Shown here: positions 52,059-62,314 of the stretch, piece by piece | How positions within the stretch are numbered: the stretch's first letter is position 1 | Layout of the letters: each line of letters begins with the position of its first letter | IMG/VR virus record: IMGVR_UViG_3300009443_000004 | Location: 1-64,000 of that record | Reading direction: 5' to 3' (one strand) | Length of the DNA: 64,000 nucleotides | From: an uncultured virus (IMG/VR IMGVR_UViG_3300009443_000004) | Lineage: Duplodnaviria; Heunggongvirae; Uroviricota; Caudoviricetes | Translations under genes and position numbers: made by a program | Notes under the pieces: generated by a model | Seen by the model: the letters and a program-made list of their open reading frames with translations, nothing else | Database searches by the model: none | What the model was told of the DNA's origin: nothing

Positions 52059-52574
52059 ATGTCTGATAATCAAGAACTTAACCAGAAGAAACAAATTTCA
52101 GAATTTAAGAAGTCTTTTTATTTAAGTCATGGGATTAAATTGTATATTTACACCCCTCAAGATCAAAACAAAAAGATCCCATTAGGTATATTTCATGACA
52201 GTGCTTTACTTGCATTACATGAAAATCATCCTAAGTTTCAGAGTATCAAAACTCTACAACACAGGACTAGATTGAGGGAGTTTCTTGTATACGTTCAAGT
52301 TATGTCATACTTGGCTCATAAAGAAGGGCATACTAAAACAAGTATAGGTAGATTTTTAAAACGCAATCATGCAACCATCATTAATTCATGTAAAATGATT
52401 GAGAATGGATTTTTTACTAATGATGAATCTGTAATGAATGCATATAATAACACTTTAATAAAAATAAAAGAATATGTGGGAACTATTTCAGAAAATACTG
52501 ATGATGAAGATAACACCAAACCAAGCCCTAATACTGTTTGGGATGAAGCAAGGCGTATCCTTACCAAATGTTAA
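52059..52574 (+). CDS. Protein with DnaA C-terminal (domain IV)-like HTH
   Basis: SIGRFLKRNHATIINSCK resembles IG..F.RDH.TV..A. Confidence 0.6.
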   Translation: MSDNQELNQKKQISEFKKSFYLSHGIKLYIYTPQDQNKKIPLGIFHDSALLALHENHPKFQSIKTLQHRTRLREFLVYVQVMSYLAHKEGHTKTSIGRFLKRNHATIINSCKMIENGFFTNDESVMNAYNNTLIKIKEYVGTISENTDDEDNTKPSPNTVWDEARRILTKC

Positions 52575-53064
52575 GTCTGAAGATAAAGAAAAGTTAATTG
52601 AAAAAGGTTTATTAATAAAAGAAGAAAACCAATATAAAATGACTGCTGAAGCTAAAGCATTTTGTGCTAGGCTTGATAACTATTTTGTTAAAGCAAAGAA
52701 AAAAACTGATATACAACTCATGGGTAAGGACTTTAATGATAAGATCCACACATACAGAGAGATATTTCCAGCAAGGAAACTACCAAGCGGTAAGCCAGCT
52801 AGAAATAATATCAAAGCTTTAGGAGAAAACTTTAGATGGTTTTTTGAAACATATGACTATGGTTGGGATGAGATAATCAAAGCAACTAAGATGTATGTCA
52901 ATGAATATAGAGATACAGAATATATGTATATGCAGACAAGTCAATACTTTATATCAAAGCAAGACAAGCATAGGGTTAAACACTCTACATTAGCTGACTA
53001 TTGTGATATGATTATTGATGGGGTAGAAACAGAAAAAGAACACTTTAAAGAAAACGTTGTATGA
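52474..53064 (+). CDS. Putative replication initiator/helicase-associated protein
   Basis: 196 aa directly upstream of DnaB; function from position only. Confidence 0.5.
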   Translation: MWELFQKILMMKITPNQALILFGMKQGVSLPNVKSEDKEKLIEKGLLIKEENQYKMTAEAKAFCARLDNYFVKAKKKTDIQLMGKDFNDKIHTYREIFPARKLPSGKPARNNIKALGENFRWFFETYDYGWDEIIKATKMYVNEYRDTEYMYMQTSQYFISKQDKHRVKHSTLADYCDMIIDGVETEKEHFKENVV

Positions 53065-54014
53065 AAAATAAACCATCATGGATTGGGCAATATGCTGCAT
53101 TTAATGATGCACTTAAATATATGTATGCTAGGTCAACAGGAGAAGAGAAATCAATCTATACTCCGTGGCCTAAGTTTAATGATGCTGCCACTGATGGTAT
53201 AGAATGGAATACTTTGACAGTAATTGGTGGTAGACCTGGTTCAGGTAAGACACTGATTAAGGATCAAATCATTAGAGAATCATTTGCTTTAAATCCAAAT
53301 GATAAGTTTAGAGTATTAGAATTTCAGTTTGAGATGGTAGGCAGAACCTCAGCTATCAGAGAATTTAGTTCTATAACTGGTAAAACATACAAAGAATTAT
53401 GTAGTGCAGGATCAATATTAAATACAGATACATTAAATAAATGCCATTTATATGCTAAAGAAAGAGTAAAGCACCCGGTTGATATAATTAGTACACCTAT
53501 GACTGTTAATCAGATGCGTGAGCAAATTGATCAGTATATGACACAGCATAAAGGAGTAAATACAATGATAACACTTGATCATACAATGTTAGTCAAGAGA
53601 GCACCATACCAGAATAACACATTAGATATGTTATTTGAGTTAGGTGAATTCTTTACACAGTGTAAGAGAGATTATCCTTGTTTGTTTATTGCTTTATCAC
53701 AACTAAATAGGAACATAGATAATCCGGACAGGGCTATAGATGGTAAGTATGGTAACTATATACTTGAGTCAGATATATTTGGCTCAGATGCAATGCTACA
53801 GCATGCAGATATGTTAATAGGTATCAACCGCCCAGCTAAACAAAAGATTAGATATTATGGACCAGATAGATATATAATAGAAAATGATAGAACATTGGTT
53901 TTACATTTTCTTAAAGCAAGAAATGGTGATGCACGTATGTCATTTTTCAAAGCTAAGTTTGAACAAATGCAAATAGAAGAAATGGCAACACCTCAACAAC
54001 AAGAACGCAGATGA
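53061..54014 (+). CDS. dnaB: DnaB-like replicative helicase
   Basis: GGRPGSGKT, FEM, LDH, LSQLNR, KARNG. Confidence 0.92.
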   Translation: MKNKPSWIGQYAAFNDALKYMYARSTGEEKSIYTPWPKFNDAATDGIEWNTLTVIGGRPGSGKTLIKDQIIRESFALNPNDKFRVLEFQFEMVGRTSAIREFSSITGKTYKELCSAGSILNTDTLNKCHLYAKERVKHPVDIISTPMTVNQMREQIDQYMTQHKGVNTMITLDHTMLVKRAPYQNNTLDMLFELGEFFTQCKRDYPCLFIALSQLNRNIDNPDRAIDGKYGNYILESDIFGSDAMLQHADMLIGINRPAKQKIRYYGPDRYIIENDRTLVLHFLKARNGDARMSFFKAKFEQMQIEEMATPQQQERR

Positions 54015-54565
54015 TAAATACTAAAAACTTAAATAACAAAAAAAAGATGGGACTAACACCGCAAGAAAGAAAGCAGAAGGTTGCATCACTAAGAGAAGAG
54101 CATGAAGATTACTTTCAGACAGAAGGAAAGATTAATGCATTATACATACCTAAGATGGCTTACAGGCCAACTGGAAAGGATGAGCTACATGTAAGCTTTT
54201 TTCCAAGTGAATTTGAAAAAGGAGAAGATATATATACAGAATTTGTATCTATAGATTATGATACAGAAGATCCAAAAAGGACACTATATTATCATAAACA
54301 TAATCCACACTGGCAGGAAGAGTATGAAATCATAACAAGTAATTCAGGATTTCAGAGACACATTATACCTGTTAGTGAACTAAAGGTTATAAATGATGTA
54401 ACAAATAGGGGTAAAGCTATAATAGATTTTGCAAATCCAGATTTGCCTAATCCAGATGAAAGCACTGACACTGCTCCCCTCCTCTCCAATGCAGAGCTGA
54501 TAAACGCATTATCAGAAATAAATGCAACATTAAATAAATTAATTAACGTAATTCAAAAAAAGTAA
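54011..54565 (+). CDS. Hypothetical protein
   Basis: 184-aa ORF. Confidence 0.7.
   Translation: MINTKNLNNKKKMGLTPQERKQKVASLREEHEDYFQTEGKINALYIPKMAYRPTGKDELHVSFFPSEFEKGEDIYTEFVSIDYDTEDPKRTLYYHKHNPHWQEEYEIITSNSGFQRHIIPVSELKVINDVTNRGKAIIDFANPDLPNPDESTDTAPLLSNAELINALSEINATLNKLINVIQKK
54470..54491 (+). promoter_or_regulatory. Phage promoter-like motif copy 6 (intragenic)
   Basis: ACTGCTCCCCTCC-TCTCC-AATG, ~75 nt upstream of the Sak4-like gene. Confidence 0.5.
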
Positions 54566-54566
54566 T

Positions 54567-55250
54567 ATGGCAAACAGCGTATTAGTAATTGCTGACTCAG
54601 GTACAGGAAAGTCTACCTCAATCAGAACATTAAATCCTAAAGAGACTTTCATTATAAACATTGCTAACAAACCATTACCGTTCCAGGGATGGAAAAGCAA
54701 ATACACACAAATTAGTAAAGATAACCCAAAAGGTAATCTGACATCAGCTTCATCAAGTGCAGGAATAATAAAAGCAATAAAGCATGTAGATGAAAAAATG
54801 AGCCATATCAAAACATTAGTAGTAGATGATTGGCAGTATATGAGTTCTTTTGAATATTTTGACAGAGCTAATGAGAAAGGTTATGATAAATTCACTCAGA
54901 TTGCAGCTAACTTAGCAATGGTTGCAAAACTTCCTAAAGACTTGAGAGAAGATTTGACTATCATTTTCTTAACTCACTCAGAAGATTCAACTGATATAAA
55001 TGGAAATAGAAAAGTTAAAGCAAAAACTATTGGCAAAATGATTGACAATACACTAACTTTAGAAGGACTATTCTCTATAGTATTATTTGGTAAAGTAAAT
55101 AAAAATGATGATGGTGAACTTGAATATGGTTTTGAAACTCAAAACAATGGAGAGAACACATGTAAATCACCTATGGGTATGTTTGAGGATAAGTTTATTC
55201 CAAATGACCTACAATTTGTAAAAGATTGTATTGAAAAATATAATCAATAA
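54567..55250 (+). CDS. AAA_24/Sak4-like P-loop ATPase (recombination)
   Basis: ADSGTGKST, LVVDD, TCKSPMGMF. Confidence 0.8.
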   Translation: MANSVLVIADSGTGKSTSIRTLNPKETFIINIANKPLPFQGWKSKYTQISKDNPKGNLTSASSSAGIIKAIKHVDEKMSHIKTLVVDDWQYMSSFEYFDRANEKGYDKFTQIAANLAMVAKLPKDLREDLTIIFLTHSEDSTDINGNRKVKAKTIGKMIDNTLTLEGLFSIVLFGKVNKNDDGELEYGFETQNNGENTCKSPMGMFEDKFIPNDLQFVKDCIEKYNQ

Positions 55251-55275
55251 TTAATAATTAATAAAAAAGTAAATT

Positions 55276-55947
55276 ATGTTAAGTACTAAAGACATGTCTG
55301 CCGGATCAGGTAGCATCAAACCAGTTATTGGAGTGGGTAACCACAAAATCAAAATCAATTCTATTACATTTGACCAAACACCTTATGATTCAGATGCATA
55401 TAATATTACATTACATGTAGAGTCTGAGCCTGTTACTGGAGAATTTAATGGTTTCTTAAAAGATATGAATAATCCTAATGGTGAGCGTTATGCAGGCCAA
55501 GTAGGTAGAGTTAGATTCTCACCATATCCATTTAAAGATGCAACATTAGCAAATGGTAATGAGATTAGCCGTGATACTGAAGTATTAAAAGCTATGGTAT
55601 TTTTATCTGAAGTAGTAGGTAAAAGAAATGAGCTTGATGCTATTGAGGCAAATACAATTGAAGACTTTATGGTTAAGGCTGCTAATGTATGTTCTGAAAC
55701 AGGATATATCAATGCTTGCTTAGGTGCACGTGAGTGGGAAAACAAAGAAGGTTATGTAAATAATGACTTGTTTTTACCTAAGAGAAGTAAAGATGGTATG
55801 CCATTAGAAGAGTTAGATAAAGAAAGCTCTAACCTATTAACATTTGATAGAAATAATACAAATCATTTTAGACCTTATTTAAAGAAAGAAACAACAGCTT
55901 CAAATTTTGAGCCTGCAACAGCTTCTGGAAGTGACTTTGATCTGTAA
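55276..55947 (+). CDS. Putative single-stranded DNA-binding protein
   Basis: Follows the Sak4-like gene; C-terminus SDFDL. Confidence 0.5.
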   Translation: MLSTKDMSAGSGSIKPVIGVGNHKIKINSITFDQTPYDSDAYNITLHVESEPVTGEFNGFLKDMNNPNGERYAGQVGRVRFSPYPFKDATLANGNEISRDTEVLKAMVFLSEVVGKRNELDAIEANTIEDFMVKAANVCSETGYINACLGAREWENKEGYVNNDLFLPKRSKDGMPLEELDKESSNLLTFDRNNTNHFRPYLKKETTASNFEPATASGSDFDL

Positions 55948-55960
55948 TATAAAACCAAAA

Positions 55961-55997
55961 GAGTGGGCTCAGTATAATGCTGGGCCCATATCTTTTT
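55961..55997 (+). terminator. Intrinsic terminator
   Basis: TGGGCTCAG/CTGGGCCCA stem plus T-run. Confidence 0.7.
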
Positions 55998-56011
55998 AAT
56001 ATATTTGGATT

Positions 56012-56989
56012 ATGTTCAGCACTAAAAATTTAATATTAGAAGAAACAGACGTACCAAGTTACTGGGTGTTTCAGTATTATCTAGACTTACCTGAACAGCT
56101 AACAGGTCAAGACATTAAGATTAATTCAATATTTAATCCTAATGACAAGACTCCAAGCTTTTGCATATACGTGGATAAAACCATAATGCAATATAAGTTT
56201 AAAGACTTTTCTACAGGTATTGGAGGTAACAAGTCAGACTTAATTAGACACATGTTTAAGTTGGGTTATCCTCAGGCTACAAGAAGAATAATAGAAGATT
56301 ACAATAAGTATATACAGGAAAATGGTAAAGTCAGTGTTGAGTTTGTGCCTCAGGCTAAATGGGAGATTGACTTTATAAAGTATAGAAAATGGAATCAGGA
56401 TGATGCTAATTACTGGCTATCATATAGAATAGGCAAAACATTATTAGATCAGTATAATGTAAAGCCAATAGAATATTTTAATATGATTAAGCAAGATGCA
56501 TTGGAAATAGAATCTTTAAAGATTGGAAGCAAACATTGCTATGGTTACTTTGATAGAAATGGTGAAGTATATAAAATATATCAGCCTCATAGTAAAAAGC
56601 ATAAGTTTCATAAAGTAAAGAACTATATCCAGGGCATAGATCAGCTGCAGTATAAAGAACCTTACTTGGTGATTTGCTCATCTCTTAAAGATGCAATGTG
56701 TTTAAAAGGTATGGGTTATAACCTAGAAGTTATTAGTCCAGACTCTGAGAACACTATGATTAAACCCCATATCATAGCAAATCTTAAGAAAAAGTACAAA
56801 AGTATAATAACGTTGTTTGATAATGATGATGCAGGTAAACATGCAGTTAAAAGATATGCAGATGCATATAATATAAATGGATGTACACCAACTATATGCA
56901 AAGACATATCAGATGCTATGGTAGAAATAGGATTTGATAAGACACATGCTATGCTAAAACCATTATTAAAAACAACATTAAATAAATAA
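56012..56989 (+). CDS. dnaG: DNA primase (TOPRIM)
   Basis: D.TPSF..FKDFSTG, SSLKDAM, FDNDDAG, KDISD. Confidence 0.88.
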   Translation: MFSTKNLILEETDVPSYWVFQYYLDLPEQLTGQDIKINSIFNPNDKTPSFCIYVDKTIMQYKFKDFSTGIGGNKSDLIRHMFKLGYPQATRRIIEDYNKYIQENGKVSVEFVPQAKWEIDFIKYRKWNQDDANYWLSYRIGKTLLDQYNVKPIEYFNMIKQDALEIESLKIGSKHCYGYFDRNGEVYKIYQPHSKKHKFHKVKNYIQGIDQLQYKEPYLVICSSLKDAMCLKGMGYNLEVISPDSENTMIKPHIIANLKKKYKSIITLFDNDDAGKHAVKRYADAYNINGCTPTICKDISDAMVEIGFDKTHAMLKPLLKTTLNK

Positions 56990-56991
56990 TT

Positions 56992-57396
56992 ATGACAAAA
57001 ATAAGATGGTGGATACCAGGCAATGTTCCCTCAAGTAAAAACGGTAGGCGTTGGACAGGTAAATATTTTATTGCTAGCAAAGCTGTAATGAATTATAGAA
57101 AGGCTACCAAAGATATATATGCTAAGTATGCTGAGGATTTTAAAGCTGAAGTTGCTAAGAATGATCTACCTGTTAAAGTATCATTTGAGTTTATAAGAGG
57201 CAGCCGTCATAAGTTTGATTATATTAATCCTGCACAGACAGTACAAGATGATATGGTTAAACACGGATGGATTGAAGATGATAATGCTGAGTTTATTATA
57301 CCAGCATTTGAACAATATTCTTATGATAAAAAAAACCCCGGTGTATGGATAGAATTAATTGAAAATGGCAAAGAAGAGAATAATAACAATAGATGA
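56992..57396 (+). CDS. RusA-like Holliday junction resolvase
   Basis: VPSSKN, FDYIN..QD.M....IEDDN. Confidence 0.75.
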   Translation: MTKIRWWIPGNVPSSKNGRRWTGKYFIASKAVMNYRKATKDIYAKYAEDFKAEVAKNDLPVKVSFEFIRGSRHKFDYINPAQTVQDDMVKHGWIEDDNAEFIIPAFEQYSYDKKNPGVWIELIENGKEENNNNR

Positions 57397-57673
57397 GTTT
57401 TTTACATATAAAGAAATGTTTTCAGGATTACTTGAAGATAGAGCTTTAGCTTGTGAAATATATAATAATGCAAACTATAAAGACAAAGACATTATAGATA
57501 AGCTTATGGCTAAAGCATTGCTATTTAAAGATCGTGTAGATTTTTGTATAGCAGTAGAGTATAGCTTTGAGATAGGGTCTTTTAATACAAATAGAGTTTA
57601 TGCATATATAGAAAAAAGCAAAGCAGATAAAGTTTATATGGACATACTTAGAAAAATAAAAGATAATGATTAA
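57365..57673 (+). CDS. Hypothetical protein (MoxR module member)
   Basis: EMFSG..EDRALACEI motif. Confidence 0.65.
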   Translation: MAKKRIITIDEFFTYKEMFSGLLEDRALACEIYNNANYKDKDIIDKLMAKALLFKDRVDFCIAVEYSFEIGSFNTNRVYAYIEKSKADKVYMDILRKIKDND

Positions 57674-58829
57674 CATACAAGATCAGGTTGCTAGGACAAC
57701 CAAAAGTTTAATATTTGCAGAGCCCTTTTACGGGCTCTTTTTAATTGGTATCAATAAAAAGTATAGCATGCAACTGCCTACTGCAGGAGTAAGCAAACAT
57801 AATATTGGATGTCAATTGACTATAAACCCTGAGTTTTATAATAACCTTAGTGAAGATCATAGATTTGGTTTAATTAAGCATGAGCTATTGCATATTGCAT
57901 TTGGTCATCTTATAACTAGAAGTCTATATTCAGATCATAAATTATTTAATATAGCTGCAGATTTAGAAATCAACCAGTACATACTGGAAAGTAAACTACC
58001 TGAAGGTGGTTTATTACTATCAAGTTTTCCTGAGATAAATTTACCTAGGAAGGCTGGTACGGATAAATACTATGAATTACTTGAACAGGCACACCAAGAT
58101 GGTACTTCACCTTCTTTAGATAATCTTATGGATCAGATGAATGGTGAGTCACAATATTGTCATGGTACATGGGATGATTTTGATTCATTACCTGAAGCTG
58201 ATAAAAAACTAATGCAAAAACAAATTGAGCATCAGTTAAAAGAATCTGCTGAGCAAACAGTAAAGAAACAAGGTAATATACCGGGTGAGTTAGCTGAGCT
58301 TATACATAGGCTGATGCATATAGAACCTCCTAAGTTTGATTGGAAAGCTTATCTAAGAAGATTTGCAGGTAACTCTAGTGTAGTTTATACAAAGAAGCTG
58401 AGACGTAAGTATAATAAACGTTATGCAGCTAACCCAGGTCTTAAGATTAAATTTAAGAATCATATACTTGTTGGTGTTGACACAAGCGGATCTGTAAACA
58501 ATGATGAGCTAAAGGAATTCTTTAGTGAACTTACGCATATGCATAAGACAGGTCATAAGATTACAGTAGCTCAATGTGATACTAAACTAAATAGTGTAAA
58601 AGAGTTTAATCCAAGAAAGGATTGGGAAATACATGGTCGTGGTGGAACAAGCTTCCAACCAGTAATAGACTACTATAATGAAAACAAAGGGCAATATACA
58701 GCTCTTATATATTTAACAGATGGTGAAGCATATGCTCCAGAGAACTGCCCTAATAATACTTTATGGGTTCATAGTTCTAACTGCAGTATAAATGAAGTGT
58801 TACCAGGACAGAAAATTCAACTTAATTAA
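57666..58829 (+). CDS. Metallopeptidase plus vWA domain protein (DUF2201-like)
   Basis: HELLH, NIAADLEIN, VDTSGS, GRGGT, YLTDG. Confidence 0.9.
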   Translation: MINIQDQVARTTKSLIFAEPFYGLFLIGINKKYSMQLPTAGVSKHNIGCQLTINPEFYNNLSEDHRFGLIKHELLHIAFGHLITRSLYSDHKLFNIAADLEINQYILESKLPEGGLLLSSFPEINLPRKAGTDKYYELLEQAHQDGTSPSLDNLMDQMNGESQYCHGTWDDFDSLPEADKKLMQKQIEHQLKESAEQTVKKQGNIPGELAELIHRLMHIEPPKFDWKAYLRRFAGNSSVVYTKKLRRKYNKRYAANPGLKIKFKNHILVGVDTSGSVNNDELKEFFSELTHMHKTGHKITVAQCDTKLNSVKEFNPRKDWEIHGRGGTSFQPVIDYYNENKGQYTALIYLTDGEAYAPENCPNNTLWVHSSNCSINEVLPGQKIQLN

Positions 58830-58838
58830 TAAAAGAAA

Positions 58839-60107
58839 ATGGCACAAGTAAATTTAAATGTAACAGAACTAAAAGGATTTGTAAATCACATTATATCTAA
58901 TAACAGATATCTTCAAGATAATGGTAAAGGACCAGTATCAGTGGAAGTTGTGGGTGAATCAGGTATAGGTAAAACTTCTACAATAGTAGAGCTGGCTAAA
59001 GAAAATGATTTAGCATTTGTAAAATTAAACTTAGCACAGATTGAGGAGCTAGGTGATCTTGTAGGTTTCCCTGTAAGACAGTTTCAGATGTATAAAGAAA
59101 AGAAAATAGCAGTAAAGAATAATGACATTGCTATGGTTACAGCAGCACAAAGAGCTGCAGGTGCTAGTCTAGCTAACTTAAATCAAACTGTAACCAAGAA
59201 AGTTGGTCAATGGGTTGATGAACTTGCTGTACAAGAATATCTTAAACAAGGATATAAAATTACTGGTAAAAATAGAATGTCTTATTGTGCACCTGAATGG
59301 ATAGCTGATGCTAAAGAAGGTGGTATACTATTATTAGATGACTGGAATAGAGCTGACACAAGATTTATTCAAGCAGTTATGGAATTGATAGATAGACAGT
59401 CTTATATATCTTGGACACTACCTAAGAACTGGCATATTATATTAACAGCTAACCCGGATAATGGTGACTATATGGTTAACAGTGTAGATAGTGCACAGAA
59501 GACTAGATATGTTACAGCTAATCTTAAGTTTGATGTAAATGTATGGGCTCAGTGGGCAGAAGGTGCAGGTATAGATAGTAGATGTATTAACTTTTTATTA
59601 CTTCATCCTGAATTAGTAACGCAAGAGACTAATGCTAGATCTATAACAACATTCTTTAACTCTATATCAAGCTTTGAATCTTTTGAAGATAACCTCAGCA
59701 TGATTCAGATGATTGGTGAGGGTAGTGTTGGAGATGCATTTGCTTCTATGTTTACTACATTCATTAATAATAAGCTAGATAAACTGGTTACACCTAAAGA
59801 TTTATTGACACATGATGGAGAACAATATATCTTTAATGAGTTAAGATCTTGTATAGGTAAAGATGATACATATCGTGCAGATATTGCATCAACATTAGCT
59901 ACAAGACTTGGTAATTATGCTGTAGTATATTCACAGGATAATACTATTAACCAGAAAGTAACTGATAGGTTGAAGGCTTTATGTACTAAAGATTATTTTA
60001 CTAATGATCTTAAGTATTTAATTGTACGTACCATCTTTAATGGTAATAAAAAGAAGTTTAACAAATTGATGATGATCCCAGAGATTGTCCAAATGACAAT
60101 GAAATAA
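58839..60107 (+). CDS. MoxR-like AAA+ ATPase
   Basis: GESGIGKT, LLLDDWNRA, LTANP, D.AQKTR. Confidence 0.88.
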   Translation: MAQVNLNVTELKGFVNHIISNNRYLQDNGKGPVSVEVVGESGIGKTSTIVELAKENDLAFVKLNLAQIEELGDLVGFPVRQFQMYKEKKIAVKNNDIAMVTAAQRAAGASLANLNQTVTKKVGQWVDELAVQEYLKQGYKITGKNRMSYCAPEWIADAKEGGILLLDDWNRADTRFIQAVMELIDRQSYISWTLPKNWHIILTANPDNGDYMVNSVDSAQKTRYVTANLKFDVNVWAQWAEGAGIDSRCINFLLLHPELVTQETNARSITTFFNSISSFESFEDNLSMIQMIGEGSVGDAFASMFTTFINNKLDKLVTPKDLLTHDGEQYIFNELRSCIGKDDTYRADIASTLATRLGNYAVVYSQDNTINQKVTDRLKALCTKDYFTNDLKYLIVRTIFNGNKKKFNKLMMIPEIVQMTMK

Positions 60108-60108
60108 A

Positions 60109-61140
60109 ATGGCAAATAAATCAGTATATCAAAATTTTGATACTGATGCTTTAGTATACTTTGGACTAGAGACTGACCCTACATATGGGTTAGTTTCTAG
60201 TACAGGTATTAATAAAGTATTATGTACTCAAGATCAGACAACATATGAAAAGATAAACACTATACTATTGGAACCTACAGAGGATGACCAAACTTTTAGA
60301 ACTAAAAAGAAAGCTTTTATACTACCTAGATGTAATGTATCACAAGATAGATTAAAGGCTGCTCTTAAAGAGCATGGTATAACTGTAACAAATGATTATG
60401 AATTAGCAGATCTAATTATAGGTCATGAGGAAATAACTACTCATAAATTAAGTAATGCAGAAAATATTCCTACTACAATAATGATGAATAAGATATGGAA
60501 TTATGAAACTACAAAAGGAGATGTTAATAAACTTGGTGTTCTTAAAAAAATTGCTGATTCAGGCCTAGAATGTATTATTACAGCCAAGGTTACTGATACA
60601 GTAAGATACTATGATATAGACGTAGAAGAAAGCCTATATGATAACTGGATAATTACTGGTATGGCTTTGAATCTGGCTCATATAATTGATACTACAGATG
60701 TTAGTGTTATTGATCCTGAGACAGTACTTCATGCGTCTGCTACTAAAATGACTCTTGATGAACAGCTTCTTAATGATCTTAAGACTCAGTTAAATTCATA
60801 TGGTGATGATAAAGCTTTGGCTCTTAAAATCATTCCTACTATTGACTATAAGAAAAACTATCATTTATTGTGGCAGTTTGCACAAGACTGTAATAGTATA
60901 ACATATGCAGATAATAGAGATAAAGATTTGCAGTATTGGCTAGATGTATCAAACTTTAATGATTTTTACCGTAAGAGTGCACAAGACATGATATTATGGT
61001 TAGAGGAGCAAGATAAGCTTGATAAAGTAACATTTAAGTATCTTGAGCCTATAGTAAGAAGAGAAATAAGCATTCACAATAGAGACCTTTATACGTTTCA
61101 AGTGGCTGTTAAAAAAGAGTATCAAAAATATTTAAAATAA
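60109..61140 (+). CDS. Hypothetical protein (paralogous to the next gene)
   Basis: 343 aa; motifs shared with 61145..62314. Confidence 0.7.
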   Translation: MANKSVYQNFDTDALVYFGLETDPTYGLVSSTGINKVLCTQDQTTYEKINTILLEPTEDDQTFRTKKKAFILPRCNVSQDRLKAALKEHGITVTNDYELADLIIGHEEITTHKLSNAENIPTTIMMNKIWNYETTKGDVNKLGVLKKIADSGLECIITAKVTDTVRYYDIDVEESLYDNWIITGMALNLAHIIDTTDVSVIDPETVLHASATKMTLDEQLLNDLKTQLNSYGDDKALALKIIPTIDYKKNYHLLWQFAQDCNSITYADNRDKDLQYWLDVSNFNDFYRKSAQDMILWLEEQDKLDKVTFKYLEPIVRREISIHNRDLYTFQVAVKKEYQKYLK

Positions 61141-61144
61141 AATT

Positions 61145-62314
61145 ATGAAAAAAAGATTTAAATTAGAATTTAATATGTATCCTGAAGGTACTGGTAATTG
61201 GGATAAAAATCAGTTATCAGGTGTGGCTGTAAAATGGAGTGAACAGGAATGTCAATATTTATATAGCAATTATAAGTATCAAATTGAAGAAGAAGACTTT
61301 AAATTGTTAGGATTGCCTATACCTGATAATGTAGACAATATAGATTTACAAGACAAAAAGATATATAGGTTTCCTAAATTAACTCTACCTAGACAAAAGG
61401 TAGATTTATTAAAGGAAAGATATAACTGCAAGGTTATTAGAGATAATACAAAAGCAGACATATCTATTGTATCCTTAAAATTATTTGATACTCTTTTTGA
61501 AAGAACATGGAATAAATCTATAGCATATAGTGATGCCTATAAGATAATTAAGCATATGAAAGACTTTGATTGGTTTACTGATGAAGCTTTAGATGTACTT
61601 AGAGGTTTTCTTAGTAATGCTACTCCTGCATGTATGATTGAATTTCGTCTGAACCAAGGTTATTATAGTATCAATCATAAAAGTAAAAATATAAGAGAAC
61701 AGATGTATGATGATCTAGTTAAATGGATGAAAAAAGAAGAGCTCAATGATTATGATAGTGGATTTGATTGGATCTTACCAAAGAAAAACTATGTAGCTTT
61801 TAATAATTTATTAAGCTCTTCTAGTCAACTAGTTCTAGATTCATCAATATCAGCTATAATTGATTCTGAGCTAGCCGTAATTGAAAATGATAAGTATGAT
61901 GACATTGAAAAGATGATAACTAGTACAGATATAGATAATAGATCTTTAGCTGTGGAGATGTTGGCTAACTGTAACATAGAAAAATCATTTGATGTGGTAT
62001 CAGGTTTATATTTTTGGCATTATGATTGGTTCAAAAATACTAATAACTGGAATTCAGTCAATGTCAAAGCAATGCGTACTAGATTAAAACATTATGAAGG
62101 TAATCATAACAGTAATGGTATATGGTCATTTAATAGTTATCTGAATACATTAATGAATGATAGAAAATTAACAAGGTTTGCAGTAGACAGAACAAGAGAA
62201 AAACTCATGAATACTCTAATGGACCCTATGGTTGGTAAAAGTGCTCAAGTATTTAAAGTTGACTTAGAAAATTTGTATATTGCAGATAAATTAGAAAAAA
62301 TGATAAATGAATAG
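61145..62314 (+). CDS. Hypothetical protein (paralogous to the previous gene)
   Basis: 389 aa. Confidence 0.7.
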   Translation: MKKRFKLEFNMYPEGTGNWDKNQLSGVAVKWSEQECQYLYSNYKYQIEEEDFKLLGLPIPDNVDNIDLQDKKIYRFPKLTLPRQKVDLLKERYNCKVIRDNTKADISIVSLKLFDTLFERTWNKSIAYSDAYKIIKHMKDFDWFTDEALDVLRGFLSNATPACMIEFRLNQGYYSINHKSKNIREQMYDDLVKWMKKEELNDYDSGFDWILPKKNYVAFNNLLSSSSQLVLDSSISAIIDSELAVIENDKYDDIEKMITSTDIDNRSLAVEMLANCNIEKSFDVVSGLYFWHYDWFKNTNNWNSVNVKAMRTRLKHYEGNHNSNGIWSFNSYLNTLMNDRKLTRFAVDRTREKLMNTLMDPMVGKSAQVFKVDLENLYIADKLEKMINE

